Assembly (NCBI RefSeq): GCF_018977255.1
Contig: NW_024704743.1
Location: forward strand, 55,740,001 to 55,804,000
Direction: 5' to 3'
Length of the DNA: 64,000 bases
Origin: Callorhinchus milii
Taxonomy: Eukaryota
The notes below the pieces were generated by a model, which was given only the letters and a program-made list of their open reading frames with translations, did not search any database and had not been told where the DNA came from. The position numbers and the translations under genes were made by a program. Below, piece after piece: positions 49,606 through 62,566 of this stretch (position 1 is the stretch's first letter; every line of letters starts with the position of its first letter).

Positions 49606-52074
49606 CATCTTCAGTCAAATTCACCGAAAACAAATCGAATATGATTAGTCCTTTCATTGTTGTTTACCCCAATCTTCCTTTCACTGCACTTTTCTGCTTG
49701 TTCACTTTGCTTGGCTAACTCAACCTGCTGTGTTCCCCATGCCAGCATCGCAAGTATGCTCTTAACCTCTGGAACTCCCTCACTTTCCTTGCCTGGCATC
49801 CAACCCTGTCTTTATGAAGTGCTCCGAGATATTATCTTATGTAAAGGGTGCTATATAAATGCAAATTGTTGTTTTTGTTTATGGGGTGTTGCTGGTATAG
49901 ATTAGATTTGGTTCTTCATTTCATAGGTGTTTGTGGAATATTCAGTTTGGAGCCACATTAATCAGTTTGGATGAAGAAGGCCCTTTGGCTTGTTTGGTCT
50001 TATCCTGCCAGAATTCCCAGCCAACCATCTTCCTATCACAGCAGCAAACTGTTCTTTTTAAAGAGTCCTGTGTTGTGGCCTCAACCACCCTTCTGGCCAC
50101 TTGTTCCACTCATTAATTCCACTCCTCTGGATGAAGAAATACTTAATAAACCTTTAATTTTTCTGTATCTCTGACATGATCTTGGTAACATTTGTCTGTA
50201 TTTAATCATTGAATCAGAGCAAATATTTACTCCAGCTTGTCTGTTGATCTTTTGACAATTTGTTTTGTTCCTGTTGTGTATTTTACTTTCCTCCACAAAG
50301 TCTGAAATAATGACAGGTCTTTCCAATAAACATTTGTGTTTCTGTGAAATCAGAAAACCATGAGTAATTTCTGCTATAAAAATGTCTGATTAGTTTAATG
50401 ATAGGTCTGTAAGGCTGCCAGCCTCATGTAAACAAAACCATTTTCTGTCAACAAATCTGAATGAATGCCCTGTTTATCCAGTTTAGAATTTGTCAATTAA
50501 TTCCCAAATCTTGATGACCAAATAATGAAGGAGATATTCACTGCCATCATGTTAAAAACCCAGTAAAATGGTGCCTATGACTAATTAACAGTAAATCTTT
50601 CTTTACCCAAGGCCAGTGTCAAAACATTCCTTTTCGACAGTGCTGCCAGTCATCCTCCCAACTCCATCCCTCTTGCCCCCCACCTCTCTTGATTCCAACC
50701 CCCGGCTCGGATGCAAATCCTTGACCATCAGGCACCTTGAGATGTCCTACTATAATAATAATAATAATAATAACCTTTGCATTTGCTATAATGCCTTATC
50801 ATGTCTTCTAGCCGTCTCAAAGCGCTTCACAGAATATACTGTAAAGTGAATTGACTGTGTGTTTTGTGATTGAAATGTGATAGCCAATTGAGCACAGCAG
50901 TGTCCCACAAACAGTCGTGGATTGAATAACATGAAAGGCACTATATAAATGCAATTGGTTGTTGTTGCTCAGTGTCCAACCTTCCACCTTGCAGCGCTAC
51001 GAGACGCTGTCCTGTGTGAAGGGTGCTGAATATATGAATGCAAGTTATTGTTGTGGCTTTAGTCCTATAGTTTGGAAGCATTTTGTAAACCATTTTGTAA
51101 ACCAGTATTGGATGAGTTTTGCTGTTGGCCTGTTTGCTATTGCATATGCACCGTAGACGATACAAACCTAGGTAAATTGCCCTCTTCCTGACTATGAAGT
51201 GAGTCACACCTCTCTTAAGACATTGCTCTGCCACAGGCAGTCTAGCAATTGTTCCTGTACAAAAAAGGTTAGTTTTCCAGAATGGAAATGAAGATGTAAA
51301 TCTGGAGGTTAAATACTATACCCAGAACATTTCTTCCCTCCATTAAGGTAGTTTGTGAAATTGTGGTTTGCCCAATTGGGATGACCATTGAGGCTTGTTA
51401 GGGTATTTACCTCCTGTCAAAAAACATTCCCAGGTGTTTAAAAAGCAGGAGATGAATCACTCTCCAGCTTCATGTTGTAAATCTGCAAAACATCAGACTC
51501 AATCACACAGTATATTTTCTCCTAGCACTGCAGACAACCCGATGAGTCATGCCAGCTTCACTTTTTTATTTGTATTCAGTGGATCTGAAAAACATTTGCA
51601 GGCATTTGAATTCCTACCTATTGCAATAACTCTAAGCTGTCTCACAGTTCTAAGCATGCATATGAAGAACAGTATTTAAGCACATTTTTCTTTACTCTGT
51701 AAGTGCACTTTAAGCTTCCTTACAGTACATCTCCACATATTATGACACACGCAAACCCACACACAAACATACAGATACACAGACACAAACATGCACACAA
51801 AGATACTCAGAATGATAATTTATTTGTAAAAGATCATGTGATTGTTATCATAGTCACATTTTACAGTGTTTATATTTATATTAACAACTGTGTTATCATT
51901 TTTCTAGTGATCCCTAAAGATAATTCAATGTGTTTTAATGTATTTTGTGGTTTCAGCCACAAAATATTGTCAAACCACTTTACAGTATATTCTGTGAAGC
52001 ACTTTGAGAAGTCTCGACGATGTGACAAGGGGCTATACCAAATGCAAGATTTATTATTATTATTATCATCATCA

Positions 52075-52558
52075 TCATCACAATCCTGTGACTTGATATA
52101 GAAGCTTATAGTGTCATTGAAATGTCTCAGGTACTTCGCCGGATTTATTGGAGAGTGTAATGAATAATACTTTGCATCTGCAGACCAACACAGCTGCTAA
52201 TGTATGCACTGCAATGTCCTACAAATTGCTGTGAAGTAAGCAACCAATTTTATCTGGAGAATTTTTGGCTAAGACTCTGGAAGAAATTCCCTTCTCATTG
52301 CAAACAGTACCATTTGATGTTTACCATCCACCTGAACAGGCAGTTGAGACCACATTTTAATGTCTTATCTAAAGGATGACACCTCTGACAATGTAACAAT
52401 CCCCCAGTGCTGCACTGGATGTCCTCCCAACTTGAAAGGCGCTAAACAAATGTAATTTGTTGTTGTTATTAGTTTAGTCTATGGCTTCAAAGTCCCAACA
52501 TGGGGTTTGAACCCACAACATCAAAGGTAAAGGTGCTACTAACTGAGCCAGGTAACAC
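52075..52558 (-). mobile_element. SacSINE1-like SINE with nested L2 tail (about 52417-52468)
   Basis: Deu motifs in reverse; inserted + strand tail. Confidence 0.75.
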
Positions 52559-52708
52559 CTAAATTGAAAATAATCGCTTGGAAATCTTGCTTTTTCTGAA
52601 AATTTATTTATCTGTTCCTGTTCTGTAATTGTTTTCTCCTCACGGGATAACATTTGCGATATTCCTTGAGGTATTTTATTCCCTATCTATGGACCATTTT
52701 AAGGAATA

Positions 52709-52723
52709 CCAGCAGATGGCAAC
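52709..52723 (+). promoter_or_regulatory. CTCF-like motif
   Basis: CCAGCAGATGGCAAC. Confidence 0.45.
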
Positions 52724-53431
52724 CCTCTCCAGGTGAGTGGTTTGCTTCAGGGTCTTAGCTGCCCCATTTATTTTCTTTCTGAGGCGACAATTTTATTTTG
52801 TAAATTTTAGGCCTTCAAACATGTTTTAGGTTATGTTTGTGTTTGAATTTGCTTTCCCAGGATTTATCTGCCTATGAGGATCAAAATGCCTGCTCTTATT
52901 TAATTTGTAGGGAAATGGATTAACTTAATTTTGCTCCCAAGAAAATAGAAATCGAAGGTTAACAACATTTGCAGGTTTCCTAAATATGTTCCATTCCTTA
53001 TTTAAAGAATATGTTAAGGATTTATTAAGAAACTTTATATATTGGGTTTTGTATGCATGTGCTTCTGTATTCCCAGCGGTAATAACACCTAACTCATTAC
53101 CAAGTGACATCTGTCATGCTAATAAATCAATTTGTTTTAAATTATCAGGTACATCCAATAATCTATTTAGTTTAGAACTAGACTCAAATTAAAATATGGC
53201 AAAGCAACAAATAACACTTTAGCACTTGGCAATGTTTGCTAGTAACTTTCTACTTTTACTACTGATTAGAGTTAACGCTTGAGATTTCATAAGCTTCTCT
53301 TGATGTTAATGTTGTTAATTGTTAATCTTGGTTTCGAAAATCATCCATAGTAAAACCATGTCTCACATTAATTTTGAGATAGTTTTATTAATTTTGATTT
53401 TTTGCCCCAAAAGTCAACATCTAACATTTTG

Positions 53432-53778
53432 GGGAGAGATTTCACATGGGTCTGGATTAATTCTATCTGTATAGCATTTCAGAGCATCCAAAATTTGTCA
53501 AATTCTGAAATTCAGTCTTCATTTTTAAGACTGTATTTTTTTAAGAACTACATTTCAAAGTGTGTAAAATTTGTTGAATTTGGTCTTTACTTTACAGATA
53601 GTTTCCTATAACGTCTTTTAAGAACTGCAGAAAACTACCTCCAAGTATCTCATGGAGTACAAAACAGGCTTACAAAAAATCATCTCTAAAGTTAAGACTG
53701 AATTTATCAATTTGCCAAATTCTGCACACTCTGAAATGCTGGATAAAGAGTCAATCTAGACCAAGGTGGAATTTCCAC
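53432..53778. mobile_element. MITE-like element with ~105 bp imperfect terminal inverted arms
   Basis: Arms at about 53432-53541 and 53675-53778; single arms recur at about 47245, 55780 and 57105. Confidence 0.7.
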
Positions 53779-54611
53779 TTATATTCTTCATTACTGTCTA
53801 GGACTGAATACCCGTATAATGTGGAAGCATACAGAGTAGGAAAGTTGAATTGCTTCATGAAATTTGTAAACTTGATAAAGCTCACAAGCCTCAGTTAGAT
53901 GCTTAATATCCTATGTGTTTCTGGACATCTGGGCCTCATAAATTGTACTTGCGATTGAATCAATGATCAAGAGAAATGAAGTGATGCAGGTCTTAATCAG
54001 ATGCAGTGCTTGCAGCTATGGGTTTAATAGTGGGGTTGGATGGATTAACTGTTGAGTCATTTGCACTCCTCTCTTTGATTTCCCCATTCATGGTAATTCA
54101 CACGTGGGTGGAAATCTGAATGTAATAGATGCAGAACTGATACAGTGCAAGAAGAATTTCAATGGGATTAAACATTCATTTTCAGTAATTAACAAACCCT
54201 ATTTTTACAAATAAAATTCACAGAAACAGATGTCAGCAGCCTGCAGGGAACTTCTACACAGTCCCATGGGGCCAGTCAAGGGATTAACAAAGTCAAAACA
54301 ATTGACCTGATGCTATAATTATCCCAGTTTGTCTGTATCTGTATTAAAATTATCATCACTAACAAAAATGTGGAGGTTCGAAGAAATGTGTTGTGTTGCT
54401 AGGATATATAAAATACAAATGTCTGTTGAAGCAGAGTTCTATAACAGCACTTAACAGGGAATTGGTTAACTATCACGTTAAAGGATACGGGAGAAGAACA
54501 GGGGAATGGGATATTGAGTAGATAGCACCATGGAGCCAGTGCCAGTATAGATATAATTGGCTTGGAATTCTTCTGTGCAGTAAATATTTTATGATTCTAT
54601 GCTAATGCTGG

Positions 54612-55005
54612 TGTCCACCTGGCTCAGTAGTTATCACTCTTGCCTCTGAGTCAGAAGATTGTGGGTTCAAGACCCATGTCAAGACTTTGCACTCACAAGT
54701 GTATGCTGATACTTCAATATAGTGTTGTGGGTGTGTTTCATGGTTGGCAACAGATGAGATGTCCTACCTGCTTATTCAGATGGATGCTAAAGATCCTGTG
54801 GGACTATTCGAATGGAGAAGGGAATGTTTCCTGGTGTCCTGGTCCAACAACCCCTCAAATAAAATTGTTCATTCACTGTGTGGCTTTTAGTGGGACATTA
54901 TCGTCCACACAGCGGCTTCGTTCTCCTACAAAATACACAGTCATTACACTTTTCAGTATATCTTGTGAAACATTTTGAGGTGATCTCCTGACAAAAAGGT
55001 ACTAT
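54612..55005 (+). mobile_element. SacSINE1-like SINE
   Basis: Head ctggctcagtagttatcactcttgcctctgagtcagaagattgtgggttcaag plus Deu domain. Confidence 0.82.
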
Positions 55006-55010
55006 ACCAC

Positions 55011-55322
55011 GGAGTCCTGTAGCTCAGTGGTTAGAGCACTCGCTTTGCAAGCGAGAGACCTGAGTTCAATTCCAGGCAGGGCGAAACCTTGGGCAAGTTT
55101 CCTTACTCCACACAGAGCCTAATAATAATCCCTCCAAAACCAAAAACAATAATAAATTGGTCATTTTCAATCTACGACTGTTTGTGGGACATTGCTGTGC
55201 ACAATTGGCTGCTGCGTTCGCCCACAAATATACAGTCAATTCACTTTACAGTGTGTTCTGTGAAGCGCTTTGGAACGTCCTCCGGAGGTGAAAAGCGCTA
55301 TATCAAATGCACGGATTATTTT
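55011..55322 (+). mobile_element. tRNA-Ala-headed SINE inserted in the tail of the preceding SINE
   Basis: Full head and tail. Confidence 0.92.
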
Positions 55323-56189
55323 TATAAAAAATACAAAGTTTATTATTATTAATCAAGTCAGAGTAAAACGTATCCTTTCCAAATAGCAAACATAACCACT
55401 CATACTAAAACAGTATTTGGATTTACATTGAGCACTGTCATTAAATCTATGCACAAAAATTGTAAACATTACAGTTGTTACAGATATTGGATTAATATCC
55501 TGGCCTTTTTTTGACTATTAATGGTTAAATAGAAATAAGAAGAGTGTTATCTATTTTAAAAGTAGATTTTATTATCTATTTTTAACAGAGATGTTAAAAG
55601 TCCATAATTTGGGTAACTTGTATATGGTTTGTCAGAAGGTGGTTGCATGTTGTACACTCTCAGCACCCTATTCAAACTCATGAGGAAGGAGCATATGACA
55701 AGCCAAATATGTAAAATGGTCAATGCATTTGTTCTATTAAGTGGCAAATTCTTAAAAACAGCCTTAATTTTGAAGCCAAATTTTTGTAATTTATTTTAAG
55801 AACAGCAAACAAACTAGTTTCAAAGTTAAGACAGAATTCAACAATTTGCCAAATTCTAGACACTCTGAAATGCTATGGAAATAGAATGAATTGAGCCCCA
55901 GGAAGAATTTCTTTTAATGTAAAATTATGGGCAGTTCTAGGCTATTGACATTCGGAGCTGGATTGAGACTGCCCGACTTCGTTGTACTTAGGACCCTTAC
56001 AAGCAGCAGAAAAGGAGAATAATATTATTCTGTTAGACTGTGCTGGATTTGGCCTATGAAGAAATAAAGGGACAGTGTTCTAAAGCTACTAGACCAGTCA
56101 GCTTCTTTAACAGTCTTGGAGATTAAATACTATTACCCCATTTCAAATTGCATATACCAACAGCATGGGAGAGCTGTTTTGACAAATAT

Positions 56190-56505
56190 CACCTGCCAGC
56201 CATGCAAGCCAAAGCCCTAATGGTCCTTGCTGGTGGGAAGCTTTCCAGACAATGTTCTCAATGGAAAACTATGTGGTTCCAGTTGGTTAAACTCTGATAG
56301 TTGCCCTATGCACACTCTGGGAACCCAAGCTTTGATTCTTGCCAACCTACACCGAAAACTCTCCAAAATTAAGCAAGCAGAGTGTACCCCTCTGGGGAGA
56401 GAGTGCACATTCCATTCCAGACCCAAGGAAATTTCCATGTGAAGATGGCAATCATATAAGGAATTTTTGGTTTGGGTACACCTAAACGTGGTGATGGATT
56501 TTTAA
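56190..56505 (+). repeat. ~550 bp repeat family, 3' part
   Basis: gcaagccaaagccctaa...gggagagagtgcacattccattcca. Confidence 0.75.
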
Positions 56506-59429
56506 TATATGTATTTTACTGGCGCCATTATATGTTGAAAAGTCTCAAAGCACTTTAGAGTGATTATTGAGAAGTACAGTGACTGTCATTTTGCAAGCAA
56601 ACACGGCAGTGAATTTTGCGCACAGCAAGAACCCAAAAGCAGCCACCAGGTGAATGGCCAATTTAACTGGGGGATTGACTGGCATTATCAGCATTACATT
56701 CAGCAGACTGTAATCATTCCGAAATTCTTACCCGGCCTTAAAAAGTCTCAAATAACATTCCTTACTGATGCAATAATCCTTGCATTTGATATAATGCCTT
56801 TCACATCAGGAGGATTTCTCAAAGTATTTCACAGGATTTACTATAAAAGATAGGGACTGTGTATTTGTAGGTGAATGTTGCAACTTACACATTTTTAACC
56901 ATTTAGTTAAATCAACCCCAAATCTTCATTTGTTTATGGTTTCTTTTTATTATCGGTCACCATTTGTTGTGTATCAGCTGGAATTGCCTTGAGTTGATGA
57001 TTTCTTTTCAGCCTTGAATTTTACCATCACTTTATTCCTGTGATTGTGTTTTCCTTTGGCCTTCTTTATAGTCTCAATGTTTTTTTTAAAATTTGTAGGT
57101 CCCAGGGAAGAATTTCCACCTTGGTCTTGATTTACACTTAATATTTATATTGATATATTTATACTGATGTTTTCAGCACCTTGGGATGTCTTTCTGACTT
57201 GAAAGAGCTATATAAATGCAATTTATTGTTGCTGTATAATTTTTTCTTAGCATTTCAGTACATTCAGAATTTAGCATATTCCTAAATGCAATCTTCATTT
57301 TTAAGCTGTTTTTCTCTAGCTTCTTTTAAGAACTACAGAAAACCAGTATCAAATTTAAATTTTAATTCAATAATTCGGGAAATGGTAAGAAAATAGTATA
57401 AATCTAGACTTGTTATGACAACAAACTTGCATTAATAAAGTGTCCTTCATACAGGGTAGCGTCTTCGAGTGCTTAAATGTCACATTATTGTGACTGAAGT
57501 GATTCTTGCCTCCTGTCATGGAAAACATAACCTAGGTTTATACAATGTTTAATCATGAATGTTTTTCTCTTAAAGAAACCAGTTGGAGTCAATACTGGTG
57601 ATCTTTGTTCACACTTTTTGTCACTTTCTTGGTGAACTGGCAAACTGAATTAACCAAACAAGAATTCACCACACTGGCCACTCAGTTACCCACATACTCA
57701 CAGTTTGTGGACATTGTTTCAACCCAGTCCTTCGATATAAATAATGCAATCTGTTGAGGTTAACATCATATACATTTCAAGATATACATTTCTCTGCAGA
57801 CGATACAAGCGAGATGATATGTATTACAATTGGCAGTGGAAGAAAGAAGCATTGTGCTGGACGGCGGTGTATTTTATTACATAAAGAGGAGCAGGTTTGT
57901 TTTCAGTGAATTTAACATTTAAAAGTTTTATGTGTTACATGTAAATTGATAATTGACTAATCATTTCACTTTTAGACTCCATTAGCAGGTACCCAGTACT
58001 GTGTTGTTCCAGCATTGTTCAAGGGTATGTCTTTCAGGGAATGCACCTCTCAAAGTTTAGACATTATTAACACCCAGCTGAGAATCAGTTGCTCACTGAG
58101 GACTGCAGATGTCTGCCACAGCAGGAAACCCTTCCCCCTTCCTTAATGGAGCTCTAGGGAATGCAGAGGATCCTGGAATAAAATCCTATCCTTCCCTTCC
58201 AACCTCCTCCCTAGACTCCTGCTGGGAGAAAAAGAAATCTTCCACATCTCTAAAAGTTTATGTGGTTCTGCTCTGGAAACAATCCAGATTAACATATTTT
58301 AAAATTATAATTAAGGTAGCTTCAACCTTTTTCATTGTGTTGATATTGTTTGCGGGCAAGCAAGTAAGTGCATTCAAGTATCAAATTGCTGCGCTGCACA
58401 CAGTTAACTCTGTTAACTCATCTGTAAGGTATTTTGTATTTATAAATGATTTGCTCAATATCCTCCAATTGTTAAAACCTGCGTCATTCGAAGTTTTCTA
58501 TAGGATGCAACAATTTAATTTCCAATATACTGTGCTGCAATCCACAAACTCACGAATCAATTACCTGTGCTAAAACAAATATACTTACATTTGGGCACCA
58601 TTTATGACAATGTCATTATATTGAATGAATAAAATTATAAGTGGTGATAATCAAATAAAAACTGATCAGTGTTTTTCAGAGCAAATTCTTAAAAATTACC
58701 TAAACAGTCAATTCATTTTACAGTATATTCCGTGAAGCACTTTGATATGTCTTGATGACTTGATAAGGTGCTATATCAAATCCAAGGATTATTACTATGA
58801 TTTCCAAAGCACTTACCAGTTATTTGTCAATCATGTAAGGCAAAAAGTCGGTGTCCAGTATTACGTTTGTGTGTGTGTGTGTGTATGTGTAAGTGTGCGT
58901 CACACTTTTGTTGTCCTGGTTGTTACTATGCAGAAATGAGTGAAACAATTTTTTTGCTGAAGTGTCATTAAGCTGAGATCTTTCACTGTTCCAGTAATGT
59001 AATATATATACCTCTAAGAATGTTTAAAATTAAATTCTGTACTTCTTGGAGAAATATGTTAATAAGGAGTTGCTAATGTAATTGAGAAGCTGTCGAAAAT
59101 AATGCAACAGAGGAGGCACATCAGAAAGGAGTCTGACTCCCGACAGATGGAAGTTTAACAACTTTGAAATCAGACACATTTTTCTTTAACATTTCAAAAA
59201 TGGTTTGCGGTGTGTTTGACCCTCAAGCTGTCATCTGTGCAATATACTGTTTCCCAAACCAGGATTCTCTTTCTCCCAGAAGAGCTTCAGGAGAATCGGT
59301 GCTCAGTAGTTTTACTGTCTCTGAAACTGAGATGGTTTTCTGTACTCTTAACCCTTTGAGGGCTGTGGTAAACCAGAAATGCAACAAGTATGTGACATTG
59401 TCTTCATTCAGTCACTAAGATCAACAGCA

Positions 59430-59755
59430 ATCACAACAAATTGCATTTAGATATCACCTTTCATGTCGGTAGGATGTCTCATGGCACTGGACAGTGAAAG
59501 GTTTGCACCTGAGCTGAGGGTCGGAGTCAAGGTGGAGGGCAAGACGGGTGGAGATGGGAGGATGGCTTAAGGTACGGTCAAAGAGAAATGTCTTGAGATG
59601 CGCCTTGAAGGAAGCAAGGGAGGGGCAAGGTGGAGGTAGATAGAGTTCCTGTGAGAGTGGGGTTAGAGAGCATGACTGCCAATGATGGAGCAATTAGGGT
59701 GGGGGATATGGAGCAGACAAGTGCCAACTAAGGGGAGGAAGCGGACATGTTGGTA
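59430..59755 (-). mobile_element. L2 3' fragment
   Basis: SFKAHLKTFLFDR, tail. Confidence 0.82.
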
Positions 59756-60266
59756 ACATGAAGATAGAATGCAGGTCGAAATAATTCCATATATTCAATG
59801 GGTGACATTCAACTTTCACAGATCATTGTTACAGTTGCTATATGTATGATATGTATGTATATGGATACCTGGAAATTTACAGCATAGAAAGTCAAGTGCT
59901 GCATTGAATCCATGCTTGTGCTAGCACTTCCGATGGAGTTAGCTATTCTAATCCCAATTCAGAGCCTTGGGATGTCCTCCTGATGTGAAAGACATAATAC
60001 AAATGTAATTTGTTGTTGTTGTTGTTCCTCTCCCTTACTCATTGATATTGTTTCTTTTCAAATATATACACAATTACAATACAACATTTTGTACAAGTGC
60101 CTTTCACATAGGGAGAATGTCCCTATATATATATATATATGTACACACAATACCTTTACAAATATTCTACAGATGTCACCCAGGCTCATTTGGTAGCAAT
60201 TTCGACTCAGTTAGATTGTAGATTCATGTTGGGATTCTGTGCTCATAGTCTTATTATTATCTTTCA

Positions 60267-60358
60267 AAAAAATCCCTCTTCATATCAAGAATGAAACATA
60301 TTGCCACAAAAGTACTTTTGGCAATATATTTCATTCTTGATATGGAGAGGGATTTTTT
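60267..60358. repeat. 92 bp near-perfect palindrome
   Basis: aaaaaatccctcttcatatcaagaatgaaacatattgccacaaaagt | acttttggcaatatatttcattcttgatatggagagggatttttt. Confidence 0.92.
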
Positions 60359-60574
60359 CTAACCTCTCCCTTAACTCTTCCAGTATCAACCAGAAGATAT
60401 AATCTTTCACTATTTTTCCTCTCAAACCCTTTAGAATTATGAAGACGTTTGTTGAATTCCTCTGGGCCTTCTCTGTTCCAGTGCAAACAAACCAAATGTC
60501 TTGACCATATCATCATAACTGTATACTCTCATTCCTGGTATCATCTTTGTAATCTATACTGCACTGATGCCATT

Positions 60575-60972
60575 GATTGTGGATTCAAGCCCATGTTTTA
60601 CTGTGAGCTCATAGTCTAAGATGACATTTGACGGTAGTGCTGAGGTGTGCTGCATTATCAGAAGTGTTGTCCTTAGAATGCTATGTTAAACCAAGGTTTC
60701 ACCTGCCCATTTAGTTTGATGTTAAAGATCTCAGAACACCGTACAAAAGAGAAGAGAGCTTCTCCCAGTGCCCTAGCTAACAACCCCCCCCCCCCGATAA
60801 AATTGATCACTCACTTTGTGATTGCTTGTGGAGCATTACTGCGTACAAATTGGCTGCCGCATTCACCTAGCATTCACCATACAGTCACTACAGTTTCTAG
60901 TAAAATCTTGTGAAGTTTGGAGACATTTTGACAATATGATGTCACTCTATCAAATGCAAGGATTATGATTAT
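60575..60972 (+). mobile_element. SacSINE1-like SINE
   Basis: B box, Deu domain and tail. Confidence 0.78.
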
Positions 60973-61269
60973 TTACAGGCATTTGTATGGTGCCACACTG
61001 TACCAGATCTTTCAGCCTTCCTCAATCAGCCCTTTTACTATCCATCTTAATTGTACACTGCACTGTAACAAATTGCTGAATGTCTTCCTGATATTGCATT
61101 GTACAGTCTTGCTTCTTGGCTAAATGACTTCCCTTGGAACTTTGTGTGAACACGTGCAACTATATATTTTTGCCCGTATCACAGCTTCTCTTCACATCTG
61201 CTTTGGAGCCCAATGAGGATATGTGGACATGCAGGTAGCCAAAGTGCTGCTTTGAGTTTGTGGTATCCT

Positions 61270-61500
61270 TACCATAGAGACATGGAAACAGGAGTAGGTC
61301 ATTCAGCCAATCAAGCCTGTTCTGTCATTCTATAAGATCATGGCTGATCTGTATCTCAACTCCAATTACCTTCTCTTTGTCCATATCCCTTGAAACCCTT
61401 ACCTAACAAATATCTATCTACCTCAGTGTTGAAAATTTGAAAGGATCCAGCATGCACAGCCTTGGGGGAGAGAGTTCCAGATTTCCACGACCCCATCACT
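61270..61500 (-). mobile_element. CR1 3' end
   Basis: FNTEVDRYLLGKGFKGYG in ORF 61356-61604; a + strand relative lies at about 63040-63142. Confidence 0.8.
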
Positions 61501-62187
61501 GTTTCCACTACATGCACTTCACCAAGGAAATAGAACCTCATTCGAAAAACTAAATAATGGCATGCTCTTGTAGTGGACTTGAATGTTACCAAATCGGCTG
61601 CCATATCATCTAGAAATACACAGTTGCTGCACTGTATAGTGAATCCTGTGAATGTCTTGAGATGTTGTGAAGATGTGATATATGAAATACAGTATTATTA
61701 TGACTACAAAGGACTTGACTTTAAAAACGTGTGCACTGGCAGACTGATAGCAGGTCTGTGTTGTCACCTTGTTTTGCCATGGAATGTCAGTCTGTGCCTG
61801 CATATTTTCCACACAAAGCATTCACTTTCTTGGATGAGCCATGAGGGAGAGGCCAGTACTTTGCTGCAGGAAGGAAAGGAAAATCAGAGGGTGAGTCATC
61901 CTGGGCCTCTCTTGGGTATCTCCTGGCAGACAGATAGAGAGCAGCAATTGCAGAGGTCACCTAATTTTTCACAGCCAACCAATGGTATATGATACTAACG
62001 TGTAACTGAAAAAGAGTAAAACATTATCAAAGGGACATAAATTAAAATAATGTGCTCTCTCAGTGCTATCATGGTGAATAATGACATGTCAATGACACAA
62101 GGCTTGTTAAATGTCACTGAAGATCACCTATTGCAACCATTTTATGTCAGTGCCACAACATGTTTAAGGTTGAATCTATATTATATT

Positions 62188-62566
62188 GAAGTCCTGTAGC
62201 GTATTGGTAAGAGCACTCGCCTCACAAGCAAAAGGATCCGGGTTTGACTTCCTGGGCGGAGCAAAACCTAAGGCAAGTTTCCTTACTCCACACGCCTTTG
62301 TTTACCTAGCAGGAAGTCAGATCCTGATTGTTAGTCAATTGGCAGATGCTTTCCGGGGGTCATAATCTCTTCCCCCCAAAAAAATAATAATAATTTGGTC
62401 ACTCAATCCAAGACTGTTTGTGGGACACTGCTGTGTGCAATTGACTGCTGCGTTTGGCCCACAAAATATACAGTCAATTCATTTTACAGTATATTCTGTG
62501 AAGTGCTTTGAGAAATCTGAACTGTGTGATAAGATGCTACGTCAAGCAAGGATTATTATTATTACT
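62188..62566 (+). mobile_element. tRNA-headed SINE, long subfamily
   Basis: Head, middle block and tail. Confidence 0.85.

Noticed and set aside
55011..55088. tRNA-Ala(TGC)-like gene (also at 9693, 16190, 43010, 45807)
   Set aside because: Runs directly into a SINE body and tail, many copies, imperfect acceptor stem: a SINE head, not a tRNA gene
58109..58573. 154 aa ORF
   Set aside because: No recognisable motif, AT-rich codon usage, no clear exon boundaries
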